From: a virus
IMG/VR virus record: IMGVR_UViG_3300042888_000580
Span: 1 to 64,000 of that record
DNA length: 64,000 nucleotides
Reading direction: 5' to 3' (one strand)
In this document: one piece after another, positions 30,858 to 40,275 of the stretch
Position numbering within the stretch: position 1 is the stretch's first letter
Layout of the letters: every line of letters starts with the position of its first letter
Program-made: the position numbers and the translations under genes
The notes under the pieces: model-generated
Told to the model about the DNA's origin: nothing
Databases searched by the model: none
The model's input: the letters and a program-made list of their open reading frames with translations, nothing else

Positions 30858-31600
30858 CCAGAGGTTTTGTAATTATGGCACAGGATACTGAAAAGGTCAG
30901 TTATACTAAATGTGCTAAAGCATTAGAACTAAGTATTAAAAAAGTTATGCCCAATAGTAATGTAACTATTATTACTAATGACATGTTACCTCATGGCAAT
31001 TTAGGTGGTTATCATAATGATTGGCAAGTATATGAAGCTAGTCCATATGATGAAACAATCAAATTAGAAGCAGATATGATTATACCACGCAGTATTGAAC
31101 ATTGGTGGGATATACTAAATATCAATGATATTGTAGTTTCAACTAATATTAGAAACTTTAAGGGTGAATTATCTGACTGTAGAGTATATAGGAAGTTTAT
31201 TGATGAAAATATGTTACCTGACGCATACAATAGTATAACCTACTTCAAAAAATCAGAAACAGCAAAACTGTTTTATACGGTAGTAAGAGATATTTTTGAT
31301 AATTGGGAAGAGTACAAAGCTATATTAAAATGCAATCCAAATGAAGAAGTATCAACTGATTGGGTATATGCTATAGCTTGTCACATTATAGGAGTAGAAA
31401 AAACTACATTACCAAACTTTACTGAAATGAGTATGATACATATGAAACAATATATTAATGGCATACCTAGTGAAGATTGGACTAAAACACTAGTATATGA
31501 AGTGTTACACAAAACGATTAGAGTAAATACTTATCCTCAGTTGTATCCTTTTCACTATCATATTAAGTCATTTAGTGATAAAATATTAGAAAGTTATTAA
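30854..31600 (+). CDS. GT-A fold glycosyltransferase-like protein, paralog of the upstream gene
   Basis: 'SPYDETIKLEADM' (ExD in place of DxD), 'YNSITYFKKS', 'STDWVYAIA', 'HMK'. Confidence 0.7.
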   Translation: MTRGFVIMAQDTEKVSYTKCAKALELSIKKVMPNSNVTIITNDMLPHGNLGGYHNDWQVYEASPYDETIKLEADMIIPRSIEHWWDILNINDIVVSTNIRNFKGELSDCRVYRKFIDENMLPDAYNSITYFKKSETAKLFYTVVRDIFDNWEEYKAILKCNPNEEVSTDWVYAIACHIIGVEKTTLPNFTEMSMIHMKQYINGIPSEDWTKTLVYEVLHKTIRVNTYPQLYPFHYHIKSFSDKILESY

Positions 31601-31926
31601 TGGAAGAATTTGTAATTTGGGAAGCACCTCCTATTATCAAACCAGAGTTCAGACTATATTATGATGAACGAGGCAATGTGTTATTTTATACTTGTGAAAA
31701 ACCAGAAGGTAATTACGTTGTAATTGATGCTAGTACATTTGCTCAAGGTCGCCCTGATCTTAAAGTAATAGACGGCAAAGTATCAGGTGCTATAGCAGGA
31801 TCAATTGTATCTAAATTAGTACATGACGATGAAGGTACAAATTGTGCAAGTGAAGATTTAAGTATTGTAGTAGACAGTTCCTATAATAATATAACTAAAT
31901 GGAAATTAAAAACATATGAACTCTGA
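31600..31926 (+). CDS. Hypothetical protein
   Basis: Overlaps both neighbours; 108 aa; no recognisable motif. Confidence 0.65.
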   Translation: MEEFVIWEAPPIIKPEFRLYYDERGNVLFYTCEKPEGNYVVIDASTFAQGRPDLKVIDGKVSGAIAGSIVSKLVHDDEGTNCASEDLSIVVDSSYNNITKWKLKTYEL

Positions 31927-32869
31927 GGATATCATTGATGTAGCTGATTTAGACTGTATCTATCTTAGTTATGACGAACCGCAAAAAGAAGAATTTTGGC
32001 TTAAGATTAAAAACATGGTTCCGTGGGCTAAACGTGTTGATGGTGTTAAAGGTAGTGACGCCGCACATAAAGCTGCCGGCAATGCAAGTGATACAGAACG
32101 TTTCATTTTGATTGACGGCGACAACATGCCGGATGAAAGTTTCTTTAATCTACAATTAGACTTTACTGACAAAGATCCTAACTACAAGATAGCACAATAT
32201 CGTTGGAAAGCTATTAATAATATTAACGGACTACGCTATGGCAATGGTGGAATGAGTTCTTGGACAAAAACTTATGTGCGTGAAATGAAAACACATGAGC
32301 ATCAAACTGAGGGTGATGTTTCACGAATTGCTGACTTTTGTTTAGACAGCAAAGATAACTTATACTGGACAATGTATGATTGCTACTCTACTACTTATCC
32401 TAATTATACTCCGTTTCAAGCGTGGCGAGCTGGATTCAGAGAAGGAGTAAAAATGGTTCTTGACCGTGGATCAAAACCCACAGTTGACGCACTAAAAGAA
32501 ACTGTTGCCAGTCGCAACTTAAACAATTTAACTATATGGCACAACATTGGTCGTGATGTAGAGAACGGAGAATGGGCCATATATGGAGCAAGACTTGGTA
32601 CATACATGACTATGCTCACTGAGTGGGATTCTGCTAACGTACAATGGTTTGATAACTATACTGTATTATGGGAAGAACATTCACATAGAGACCCTGATCG
32701 TGAATCAATATTGCTCGGTGCCGCCTTAAATGACAAATTAGGACTACCAATGAACCATTTTGATAGTGGACAAAGTAAGTTCTTCAAGCGTCACTATAGT
32801 GCTGATAAATATAATCTCGGTCTACTTGTTAAAGAGATGGACGTTATTAGAAAAATAGAAGGATGGTAA
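31916..32869 (+). CDS. Glycosyltransferase-like (GT-A/GT2-like) protein
   Basis: 'DCIYLSYDEP...RVDGVKGSDAAHKAA...FILIDGDN' DxD motif, 'NGLRYGNGG', 'AWRAGFREGVKM'. Confidence 0.6.
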   Translation: MNSEDIIDVADLDCIYLSYDEPQKEEFWLKIKNMVPWAKRVDGVKGSDAAHKAAGNASDTERFILIDGDNMPDESFFNLQLDFTDKDPNYKIAQYRWKAINNINGLRYGNGGMSSWTKTYVREMKTHEHQTEGDVSRIADFCLDSKDNLYWTMYDCYSTTYPNYTPFQAWRAGFREGVKMVLDRGSKPTVDALKETVASRNLNNLTIWHNIGRDVENGEWAIYGARLGTYMTMLTEWDSANVQWFDNYTVLWEEHSHRDPDRESILLGAALNDKLGLPMNHFDSGQSKFFKRHYSADKYNLGLLVKEMDVIRKIEGW

Positions 32870-33822
32870 TGGAACACAATTATATTAAGTTAGTACACAG
32901 TAATCCCACGCACGAAGATTGGTTTGTAGTTAATTGGTGTATGGGCAATACGTGTAACTTTGAATGTAGTTACTGTCCAGAGAATCTTCATTCAGGTGAT
33001 ATCAAATGGCCTAAACTAGATAAAGTTAAAGAATTCATAACACGTATAGTAGAACAAGTTGCACCACGTAAAGTGTACTTTGAGTTAACCGGTGGTGAAG
33101 TAACACTATACAAACACTTTGTAGAGATATGCAAACACTGTACTGAATTAGGTGCCAAAGTAGGATTGATTAGTAATGGTAGTAGAACATTACGTTGGTG
33201 GGAAGATAACAAACAATACTTTGACCACGTGTGCTTAAGCTTTCATCCAGAGTTTGCAGAAGCTGACCACTTTGTAGAAGTAGTAAAATTGTTGCATGAT
33301 GATGTACGGACACATGTAAACATTATGATGAGTCCGGATAAGTTTGACTTTTGTTATGCTGTAGCTAATAAAGTTAAAGGTATAGGTAATATTAGTATGG
33401 CACTACAGCCCTTGATACATGATTTTGGTGACACATTGTATGATTACGATGAGTTTCAAAAAAAGATATTTGATAAACAGCATGAGTTGATTGTTAAGCA
33501 TATTAAGTACACAAAGTCATTTGATTATTATCGTGGTGCTATGAAGATGATTAAAGAAGATAATACAGAAGTTGTTTCTAGCGCACATAGATTTATTAGT
33601 CAAAAAACCAATGATTGGAGTGGGTGGAAATGTTATGCTGGTGCAGAACAGATTATTGTAGATTTGGGCGGCGATATATATCGTGGATGGTGTAGAGTAG
33701 GTGGAAAGATTGGTAACATCTTTGAAGCTTTTGAAGTACCCAAAACACCAGTTTTATGTAACAAAACAATGTGTCATTGCAATTTTGACATTATGAGCAC
33801 CAAAGAATTAGGTATACAGTAA
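32863..33822 (+). CDS. Radical SAM protein with a C-terminal SPASM/twitch-like auxiliary cluster domain
   Basis: CNFECSYC, TGGE, 'SNGSR', 'SFH'; C-terminal 'WKCYAG...GDIYRGWC...CNKTMCHC'. Confidence 0.9.
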   Translation: MVMEHNYIKLVHSNPTHEDWFVVNWCMGNTCNFECSYCPENLHSGDIKWPKLDKVKEFITRIVEQVAPRKVYFELTGGEVTLYKHFVEICKHCTELGAKVGLISNGSRTLRWWEDNKQYFDHVCLSFHPEFAEADHFVEVVKLLHDDVRTHVNIMMSPDKFDFCYAVANKVKGIGNISMALQPLIHDFGDTLYDYDEFQKKIFDKQHELIVKHIKYTKSFDYYRGAMKMIKEDNTEVVSSAHRFISQKTNDWSGWKCYAGAEQIIVDLGGDIYRGWCRVGGKIGNIFEAFEVPKTPVLCNKTMCHCNFDIMSTKELGIQ

Positions 33823-33826
33823 CATA

Positions 33827-35080
33827 ATGGATAATATTAACAACAACAAGCAATTAAGAATATATGATGATAATGGAAAATTTATAAGAGTTTCTGTTGA
33901 TGAAGCGATTGCAAACAGATATAATTATTGGCAGAATTGGAAATGTAGCGCTGGCGTTCAAAATTTATATATTGATTTTGACGGTAACATTTGGGTATGT
34001 AATACTGCTAGTTCATTCATAGATCGTTTCAACCATGACAATTGGAAAGAATTGTTATTCTCTAAGATTGATAAATTTGGAAAAAATATTCCATCCGAGT
34101 GGTGGCATACGGGAGAAGAATTTCTAAAATTAGAATCAGACTTTAAAAAGAATGGCAAGGCATATAAAAAAATAATCCCAGTAACAGAAGAAAATAAAAA
34201 TAATATACCTGGGTTTTTGGGTAATATAAATGAAAGTTTTTCTCTAGCTAAAGAGTGGTTTGTATGTCCATGGAATTCATGTAGTTGCGGTGCTGATGTA
34301 GTATTGAGCAAAGTCAAAACTAAAATGCATAGGACAACTCTTGCTGTTAACAATGAAGGATGGCATGGGCGAGACCGTACTGAAAATGATTATGTTGATA
34401 ATATAACTGATCCAGTTGCAGTTGAATTAAATTATTCTATGCCCTATCAAATTTTATGGGACCTTAGCAGAAAATGTAATTATGACTGTTCCTATTGCTG
34501 GCCCGGAGTACATAATAAAACTGATACTCATAAAGATTATGATTTACTAATACGTACTGCTGATAAGATTATTGAAGACTGGGCGCATAATAAAACCATC
34601 AGATGGAACTTTGGTGGAGGTGAACCTACATTACATCCTAACTTTTTAGATTTTGCCAAGTACCTTAAAGGTAAAAATCAGTGGACTATGGTAACTAGTA
34701 ACGGAACCAGAGATCATAAATACTGGGGGGAACTAGCAAAATATATGAATAGCATATTATTAAGTGCTCATTTTGATGGATTAACCGAATACAATGATGA
34801 AGATAGATTTGTCAAAAACATTAAAGTAATATGTGAACATTTTGATGAACATGACGATGATCATTGGTTAGAAGTGAAATTAATGGCTCCTCCTAAATAT
34901 ATAGATAGAGCATTAAAATTAAAAGAGAAAATATTAAATTTAGATTTATTAAACAGATCGGGTGCAAATGGGAGAATTAAAGGTGTTGTAAGTCTTGTTC
35001 CAATAAGAGGGATGCAAAATCCAGGAGAAGTAGTTCGGTATACTGAGCAACAACTTGAATTATTTAAAAATCAAACATAA
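33827..35080 (+). CDS. Radical SAM protein with an N-terminal SPASM-like domain (domain order reversed relative to the upstream paralog)
   Basis: N-terminal 'WKCSAG...DGNIWVC...CPWNSCSC', then CNYDCSYC, GGGEPT, 'TSNGTR', 'SAH'. Confidence 0.9.
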   Translation: MDNINNNKQLRIYDDNGKFIRVSVDEAIANRYNYWQNWKCSAGVQNLYIDFDGNIWVCNTASSFIDRFNHDNWKELLFSKIDKFGKNIPSEWWHTGEEFLKLESDFKKNGKAYKKIIPVTEENKNNIPGFLGNINESFSLAKEWFVCPWNSCSCGADVVLSKVKTKMHRTTLAVNNEGWHGRDRTENDYVDNITDPVAVELNYSMPYQILWDLSRKCNYDCSYCWPGVHNKTDTHKDYDLLIRTADKIIEDWAHNKTIRWNFGGGEPTLHPNFLDFAKYLKGKNQWTMVTSNGTRDHKYWGELAKYMNSILLSAHFDGLTEYNDEDRFVKNIKVICEHFDEHDDDHWLEVKLMAPPKYIDRALKLKEKILNLDLLNRSGANGRIKGVVSLVPIRGMQNPGEVVRYTEQQLELFKNQT

Positions 35081-37404
35081 TGAAAAAAATAAACTTTGAA
35101 GAAAGACTAAAAGATGCGGATCATTTAGAAAGAATTAATGTTGCATCTACACGAGGATGTCCAACTTATATTTTAGAAAATATGATCAAATGGGACACAA
35201 TGGCAGCTGTTGTAGAGGCTGCTGCGGTTAGTTCTAAAATTGATAAATCATTTATTGAACTTGCAATATTAAGATTTCCTGAAATTGATAATACTAGATT
35301 TTGGAGTGAAAGAGATAGACGACAAAGAATAACATTAATGTCTGATGATATTGCAAAACAAGAAGAAGAAGCAACAAAGATGGTTGTTGGTGATCGGGAT
35401 CAAATTATCTTAAATCATATACTTAAAAAAGATTCAAATCTAAGTCATGCAATATCACATTTAGGAGATGAACAATCTAATGTAGATTCCGGATATATTC
35501 ATAAAGAAGTTGAATGGGCAGACACTTCTAAATTTAGAATTGGACTTGTAGTGGCGCCAGCTTGGGGCAAACTATTTCCACCTTATAACCTCGCTAAACT
35601 AACAGGATTATTGAGACACTTAGATTATAGTGTTAGAGTATACGATCTTAATATAGAATCTTTCCATCATCTTCAAGACACTACTGGAATTGATTATTGG
35701 GCATCAAATAGATATTTTTATTGGAATAGCTCGGAAAGTTTTAGCGAATTTATATTGCCCGACTTGAAGGACGTATTTGATAGAACATTATTTAATATTC
35801 TTCAATCTAATCCTAAGGTCGTTGGATTTAGTTTGTATGATACAAACATCCATGCTAGTCTATATCTAATACGGGAATTAAGATATATGATGCCCGATGT
35901 ATGTATTGTGGTAGGAGGTCCCGGTGCTATTAGCAACGGTCATTTATTAACAACTCTTATAAATTACAAATTTATAGGAGAAGCTGAAGAAAACTTTGTA
36001 AAATTTTTGGAAGAGTTAACCGATGATAACGATGTTGGAAGCAGTCAAACTATAGGGACTGTAAATAGTAAATTAGATTTAGATGTATATCCCTATCCGG
36101 ACTATTCTGATTATAATTTTAGCAATTACGAACACAGCTACGGAGTTAGTATTGAAACGTCTAGAGGGTGTGTTGCAGACTGTAGTTTTTGTGCCGAAAC
36201 ACATTTTTGGAAATTTAGATCAATGACTCCGGAAAGAGTAGTAGATGAAATAGAATATCAACAAAATAATTTAGGTGTTAGTAGATTTTGGTTTGTTGAT
36301 AGTTTAGTTAATGGTAATTTAAAAAATTTCCAAAAACTGGTTGATCTAATATTAGAAAGAAATATTAAAATACATTGGAACTCTTATGCAAGATGTGACG
36401 GAAGAATGACTGCTGAATTCTTACAAAAGGTTACAGATAGTGGATGCACATGTCTGAGCTATGGAGTAGAATCAGGCAGTCAAAAAGTTCTTAATGATAT
36501 GCGTAAGAAGATTGACATATGGGAAGTGGAAAACAATTTAAAAGATTCTAAAGCATCGGGAATGTTTGTTCACATTAATTGGATGGTAGGATTTCCTACA
36601 GAAGAACCGATTGACTGCTTACATAGTTTTCAATTACTATTCAATTGTAGAAATTGGATTGATAATATAAGTCCAGGTTTTGGAGCATCACCGCCCCAAA
36701 GTATTGCACACTGGGATACTAATTGGAAAGATTATGGAATGAATTGGATTGAGAAACCCTACGATAACAATTTGTTTAACTCATGGCATACTGATAATAA
36801 TACTGCTATGCATAGATTTTTAAGAATAAAATTAAACCATGTGTGGTTAGATATAATCAATTATTATTCTGATTCTGCTATGATTAATGCTCAACGATAT
36901 CACAATATACAAGATTTTTATACTTTCACCGGTACTAAAAATGTAACAGACTATGTAATATATGATCAATATGTTAACTTGAATAGAAACACAGACAATA
37001 CATTTTTTGCTAGCATAACTAACGAATATTTTGCTTTGCTATACGTTATATACAAGTACTTTGGAGCTTTTACATTTACATTTAAGTGCAATGCAGAAAC
37101 TGATTTTAATACTTTTGGTGATTATATTTCTAGAATGTACGACTCTGATTTAACGTTTGATATAGACTCTACTGGCAACTATAATATAAAGTTGACACAT
37201 AAATTTGTCCATGATACGGTAACTCCGCACTTAAAAGAAACCTACCGATTGGAAAGAGAAAAGGTCAATTATAGCTTTGATGGTGTTTTTGAAGAAACAG
37301 GTAATATTAATAATTGGACTGAAGAAGAAATTCAAACAAAAGAAACTGTTCACGAACAGTATAGAAATAAATCAAAAAAAGTTTTTAAAATTTCAAATGA
37401 CTAA
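35080..37404 (+). CDS. Cobalamin (B12)-binding radical SAM protein (class B methyltransferase-like)
   Basis: B12 domain 'PPYNLAKL...VYDLN...VVGFS...IVVGGP...GEAE'; 'ETSRGCVADCSFC'; 'YGVESGSQKVLNDMRK'; 'WMVGFPTE'. Confidence 0.9.
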   Translation: MKKINFEERLKDADHLERINVASTRGCPTYILENMIKWDTMAAVVEAAAVSSKIDKSFIELAILRFPEIDNTRFWSERDRRQRITLMSDDIAKQEEEATKMVVGDRDQIILNHILKKDSNLSHAISHLGDEQSNVDSGYIHKEVEWADTSKFRIGLVVAPAWGKLFPPYNLAKLTGLLRHLDYSVRVYDLNIESFHHLQDTTGIDYWASNRYFYWNSSESFSEFILPDLKDVFDRTLFNILQSNPKVVGFSLYDTNIHASLYLIRELRYMMPDVCIVVGGPGAISNGHLLTTLINYKFIGEAEENFVKFLEELTDDNDVGSSQTIGTVNSKLDLDVYPYPDYSDYNFSNYEHSYGVSIETSRGCVADCSFCAETHFWKFRSMTPERVVDEIEYQQNNLGVSRFWFVDSLVNGNLKNFQKLVDLILERNIKIHWNSYARCDGRMTAEFLQKVTDSGCTCLSYGVESGSQKVLNDMRKKIDIWEVENNLKDSKASGMFVHINWMVGFPTEEPIDCLHSFQLLFNCRNWIDNISPGFGASPPQSIAHWDTNWKDYGMNWIEKPYDNNLFNSWHTDNNTAMHRFLRIKLNHVWLDIINYYSDSAMINAQRYHNIQDFYTFTGTKNVTDYVIYDQYVNLNRNTDNTFFASITNEYFALLYVIYKYFGAFTFTFKCNAETDFNTFGDYISRMYDSDLTFDIDSTGNYNIKLTHKFVHDTVTPHLKETYRLEREKVNYSFDGVFEETGNINNWTEEEIQTKETVHEQYRNKSKKVFKISND

Positions 37405-38707
37405 CAAAACATTTCATATTCAAGAAAGCAAAGTATTTTGCATGGCTCCGTTTATGCACATACATAATGTTCCGACAGGAGATATACTACCTTGCTGTAT
37501 AAGTTTGGGCGGGAGCATGGGAAATCTATATAAAGAAAGTATTCAAGATATTTGGAACAATGAAAATTATAAAGAATTACGACAAGATTTATTAAATGAT
37601 AAAAAATCAAAACATTGTACAAGATGTTATAAAGAAGAAGAATGGGGAAGTACATCAACAATACGCCGAAGCTTTAATGATAGGTTTAAAGATTTTTATG
37701 AAGAATTAATTGAAAATAATACTGAGACTGACGGAACAATGAGTAGTATGAAATTTCTTAAATGGGATTTCAGATTCAATAATTTGTGTAATCTAGCATG
37801 TACCGTATGTCATCCCACGTATAGCAGTTCATGGGTACCTATTATGAAAGCCATTGATCCTAACTATGCTGAGGATCAATTTAATAGCAGTAAAAAACAC
37901 AAAGAAAGCTTCATTGAAACTATAAAATCTCAAGTAAACAATGTTGAAGAAATATATTTTGCTGGTGGAGAACCGTTACTTCATACTGAACATTATGAAA
38001 TACTAGAATATATTAAAGAATCAGATAGACTAGGAAAAATAGAATTTGTGTACAGTACTAATTTAACTACAATGACTTATAAATCAACTGATGTTTTAGA
38101 TTACTGGAAACACATGGAAAAATTACGTGTATTAGTAAGTTTAGATGAAGTTGATGTGGATAGATTATTTTACATACGATATCCAGCCGATGCAAATAAG
38201 ATATTAAAAAATATTAAACTATTAAAAGATAATTTAACAGGCAGCAATCGCCATTGGGTAATCACTCCAACATGGAGTCTGATGAATATACATCGGATAA
38301 AAGACATATTGGAATATTTTTTAGTAAATGACCTTTTCCCGCATACGTTTTACAATACTAGTATTTGGGAATCTGATTATCATAATATTGTTTTATTATA
38401 TCCCGAATACTTTTCAATACGGTCCGCTAGTAAAGAATGGAAAGAACATTTACGTATTAAAATTTCCGAGTATGAGCAATGGTATTACAATACATTATTA
38501 CCACTAAAATCCTCACAAAAATTACAGGAAGATTGTAAAAATGTATTTGATAATAGGTTAAGTATAATTAAAAATGCATTAGAAGAAACTGTTGAGTTTG
38601 ATGTTAACTGGTATATGGGTTATTTGACTAAATTAGATAAAGAAAGAAATACTGATTTTAAAAAAACCTTTCCTGAGTTACAACATCATACAGGAGAAAG
38701 GCTATGA
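37397..38707 (+). CDS. Twitch/SPASM-first radical SAM protein (start re-called to 37397)
   Basis: 'FCMAPF...GDILPCC...IWN....ELR...CTRCY' followed by 'NLCNLACTVC', 'YFAGGEP', 'YSTN'. The ATG at 37397 overlaps the previous stop; the 40 codons before it are shadow of the upstream gene. Confidence 0.88.
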   Translation: MTNKTFHIQESKVFCMAPFMHIHNVPTGDILPCCISLGGSMGNLYKESIQDIWNNENYKELRQDLLNDKKSKHCTRCYKEEEWGSTSTIRRSFNDRFKDFYEELIENNTETDGTMSSMKFLKWDFRFNNLCNLACTVCHPTYSSSWVPIMKAIDPNYAEDQFNSSKKHKESFIETIKSQVNNVEEIYFAGGEPLLHTEHYEILEYIKESDRLGKIEFVYSTNLTTMTYKSTDVLDYWKHMEKLRVLVSLDEVDVDRLFYIRYPADANKILKNIKLLKDNLTGSNRHWVITPTWSLMNIHRIKDILEYFLVNDLFPHTFYNTSIWESDYHNIVLLYPEYFSIRSASKEWKEHLRIKISEYEQWYYNTLLPLKSSQKLQEDCKNVFDNRLSIIKNALEETVEFDVNWYMGYLTKLDKERNTDFKKTFPELQHHTGERL

Positions 38708-40257
38708 ATACTAGTGAATATTGGTTTGATAAACTTCACAACTGTTTTGATTCTAATGAACGAGTTGAACTTATTACAAGTACAGATTTTCCTGAATTGA
38801 TTACTGCTATGATAACACATGATGTTGAATCAGAGGTTATATTAGCAGGTATGAAAAATCCTCATTGTTCAGAAGCCTCAATTGAACTAGCAAAAACAAG
38901 ACTGAATCAAATAAATCCTCAAATACAAGACCTCCCGAAAAATTCAACATTTTGTCCAATTCCATGGGTATCTACTGGCATACAACAAAACGGAGATTTA
39001 AGAATTTGTTGTCAACAAATATATCACCCGTATGGTAAACTAATAGAAAACGGGGAAATGTTAAACGTTAAAAACACTGATATAAATCAATCACGAAATA
39101 ATACAGTATTTAAAGAATTACGTGCAAGTATGTTGCGCGGAGAGAAACATCCGTCATGTAATTTATGTTGGAAAGAAGAAGAAACAGGTTTATCTAGTAA
39201 AAGATTACACAGTATTAATATGTATGGCCACGTAGAATTTATTGATAATACTGATAAAGATGGAAGTATAGATATAGAAAAATTTCCAATAAAATATATT
39301 GATATTCGTTTTGGAAATTTATGCAATTTAAAATGTAGATATTGCGGCCCAACTGATAGCAGTCTGTGGTATGACGATTTTGTTTCTATGTCATACGAGG
39401 GAGAAAAGCCTGCAACAGCCCCTATGTCTTTTTATGGTGGGAAAACTTATAATGTAATCAAAAAAAATACTAATTATACCATTGATTCTTCAGATTTTGA
39501 ATGGTATGAATCGGCTGAATTTTGGGATCAAATTGAAAAACTAATTCCCTATATTGACCGATATTATTTTACCGGTGGTGAACCGACAATTAATAAAATA
39601 CATTTTAAATTACTACAAAAAATTATAGACATGGGTTACAGTAATCGGGTTCATTTGGATTACAATTCAAATATGTTTGCTATACCAAATAAGCTATATA
39701 ACTTATGGGAAAAGTTCAGATCCGTAGGAATAGGATGCAGTATAGATGCAATTGAAGATTTAGCATACTATTTACGTTATCCAAGTACTTGGGATGCACT
39801 AGAACAAAATTTAGATGTACTAGGTAACAATCCAACCAAATCTATTTACGGGACAATATCTACTACGGTAAGTATATTCAATGTATATCATTTTTTAGAA
39901 ATTTCTAAATGGTTAATAGAAAAAAATTATAAAAGAATTAGAAAAACACCTAGCTATCATGTACTAGAGGGCCCGTCTCCCATGAGTATACAAGTACTAC
40001 CTATTAACGTAAAAAATCAAATACAAGAAGCATATGAAATTTTTTACAAAGAAATAGATGAAAAATATGGACTAGAAATGGGTAATATATTTAGGCATAG
40101 CTATAGTGGTTTAATCAACTATATGTTTGCTAAGGATAATAGTCATCTGTTGCCAAAGTTAGCTGAAGATACCCGTAGATTAGATAAAATTAGAGGTCAT
40201 AAATTAGAAAATTATATACCATGGCTGTCTGATATATTAAATAATTATAACGACTAA
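38704..40257 (+). CDS. Twitch/SPASM-first radical SAM protein with an N-terminal helical extension
   Basis: 'FCPIPW...GDLRICC...ELR...CNLCW', then 'NLCNLKCRYC', 'YFTGGEP', 'YNSN'. Confidence 0.9.
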   Translation: MNTSEYWFDKLHNCFDSNERVELITSTDFPELITAMITHDVESEVILAGMKNPHCSEASIELAKTRLNQINPQIQDLPKNSTFCPIPWVSTGIQQNGDLRICCQQIYHPYGKLIENGEMLNVKNTDINQSRNNTVFKELRASMLRGEKHPSCNLCWKEEETGLSSKRLHSINMYGHVEFIDNTDKDGSIDIEKFPIKYIDIRFGNLCNLKCRYCGPTDSSLWYDDFVSMSYEGEKPATAPMSFYGGKTYNVIKKNTNYTIDSSDFEWYESAEFWDQIEKLIPYIDRYYFTGGEPTINKIHFKLLQKIIDMGYSNRVHLDYNSNMFAIPNKLYNLWEKFRSVGIGCSIDAIEDLAYYLRYPSTWDALEQNLDVLGNNPTKSIYGTISTTVSIFNVYHFLEISKWLIEKNYKRIRKTPSYHVLEGPSPMSIQVLPINVKNQIQEAYEIFYKEIDEKYGLEMGNIFRHSYSGLINYMFAKDNSHLLPKLAEDTRRLDKIRGHKLENYIPWLSDILNNYND

Positions 40258-40262
40258 ATCCA

Positions 40263-40270
40263 GCTAAGTA
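40263..40270 (+). promoter_or_regulatory. Putative late promoter variant (GCTAAGTA), 5 nt before the ATG
   Basis: Occupies the 18-nt intergenic gap; no SD before 40276. Confidence 0.4.
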
Positions 40271-40275
40271 ATATA

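Noticed and set aside
37277-37396. N-terminal 40 aa of the 476-aa ORF call
   Set aside because: It overlaps the B12 radical SAM gene by over 120 nt. The ATG at 37397, coupled to the upstream stop, fits the paralog alignment better.
32863-40257. Classical RiPP cluster with a precursor peptide
   Set aside because: Intergenic gaps are under 20 nt and no precursor, peptidase or exporter gene is adjacent. A distant substrate remains possible.
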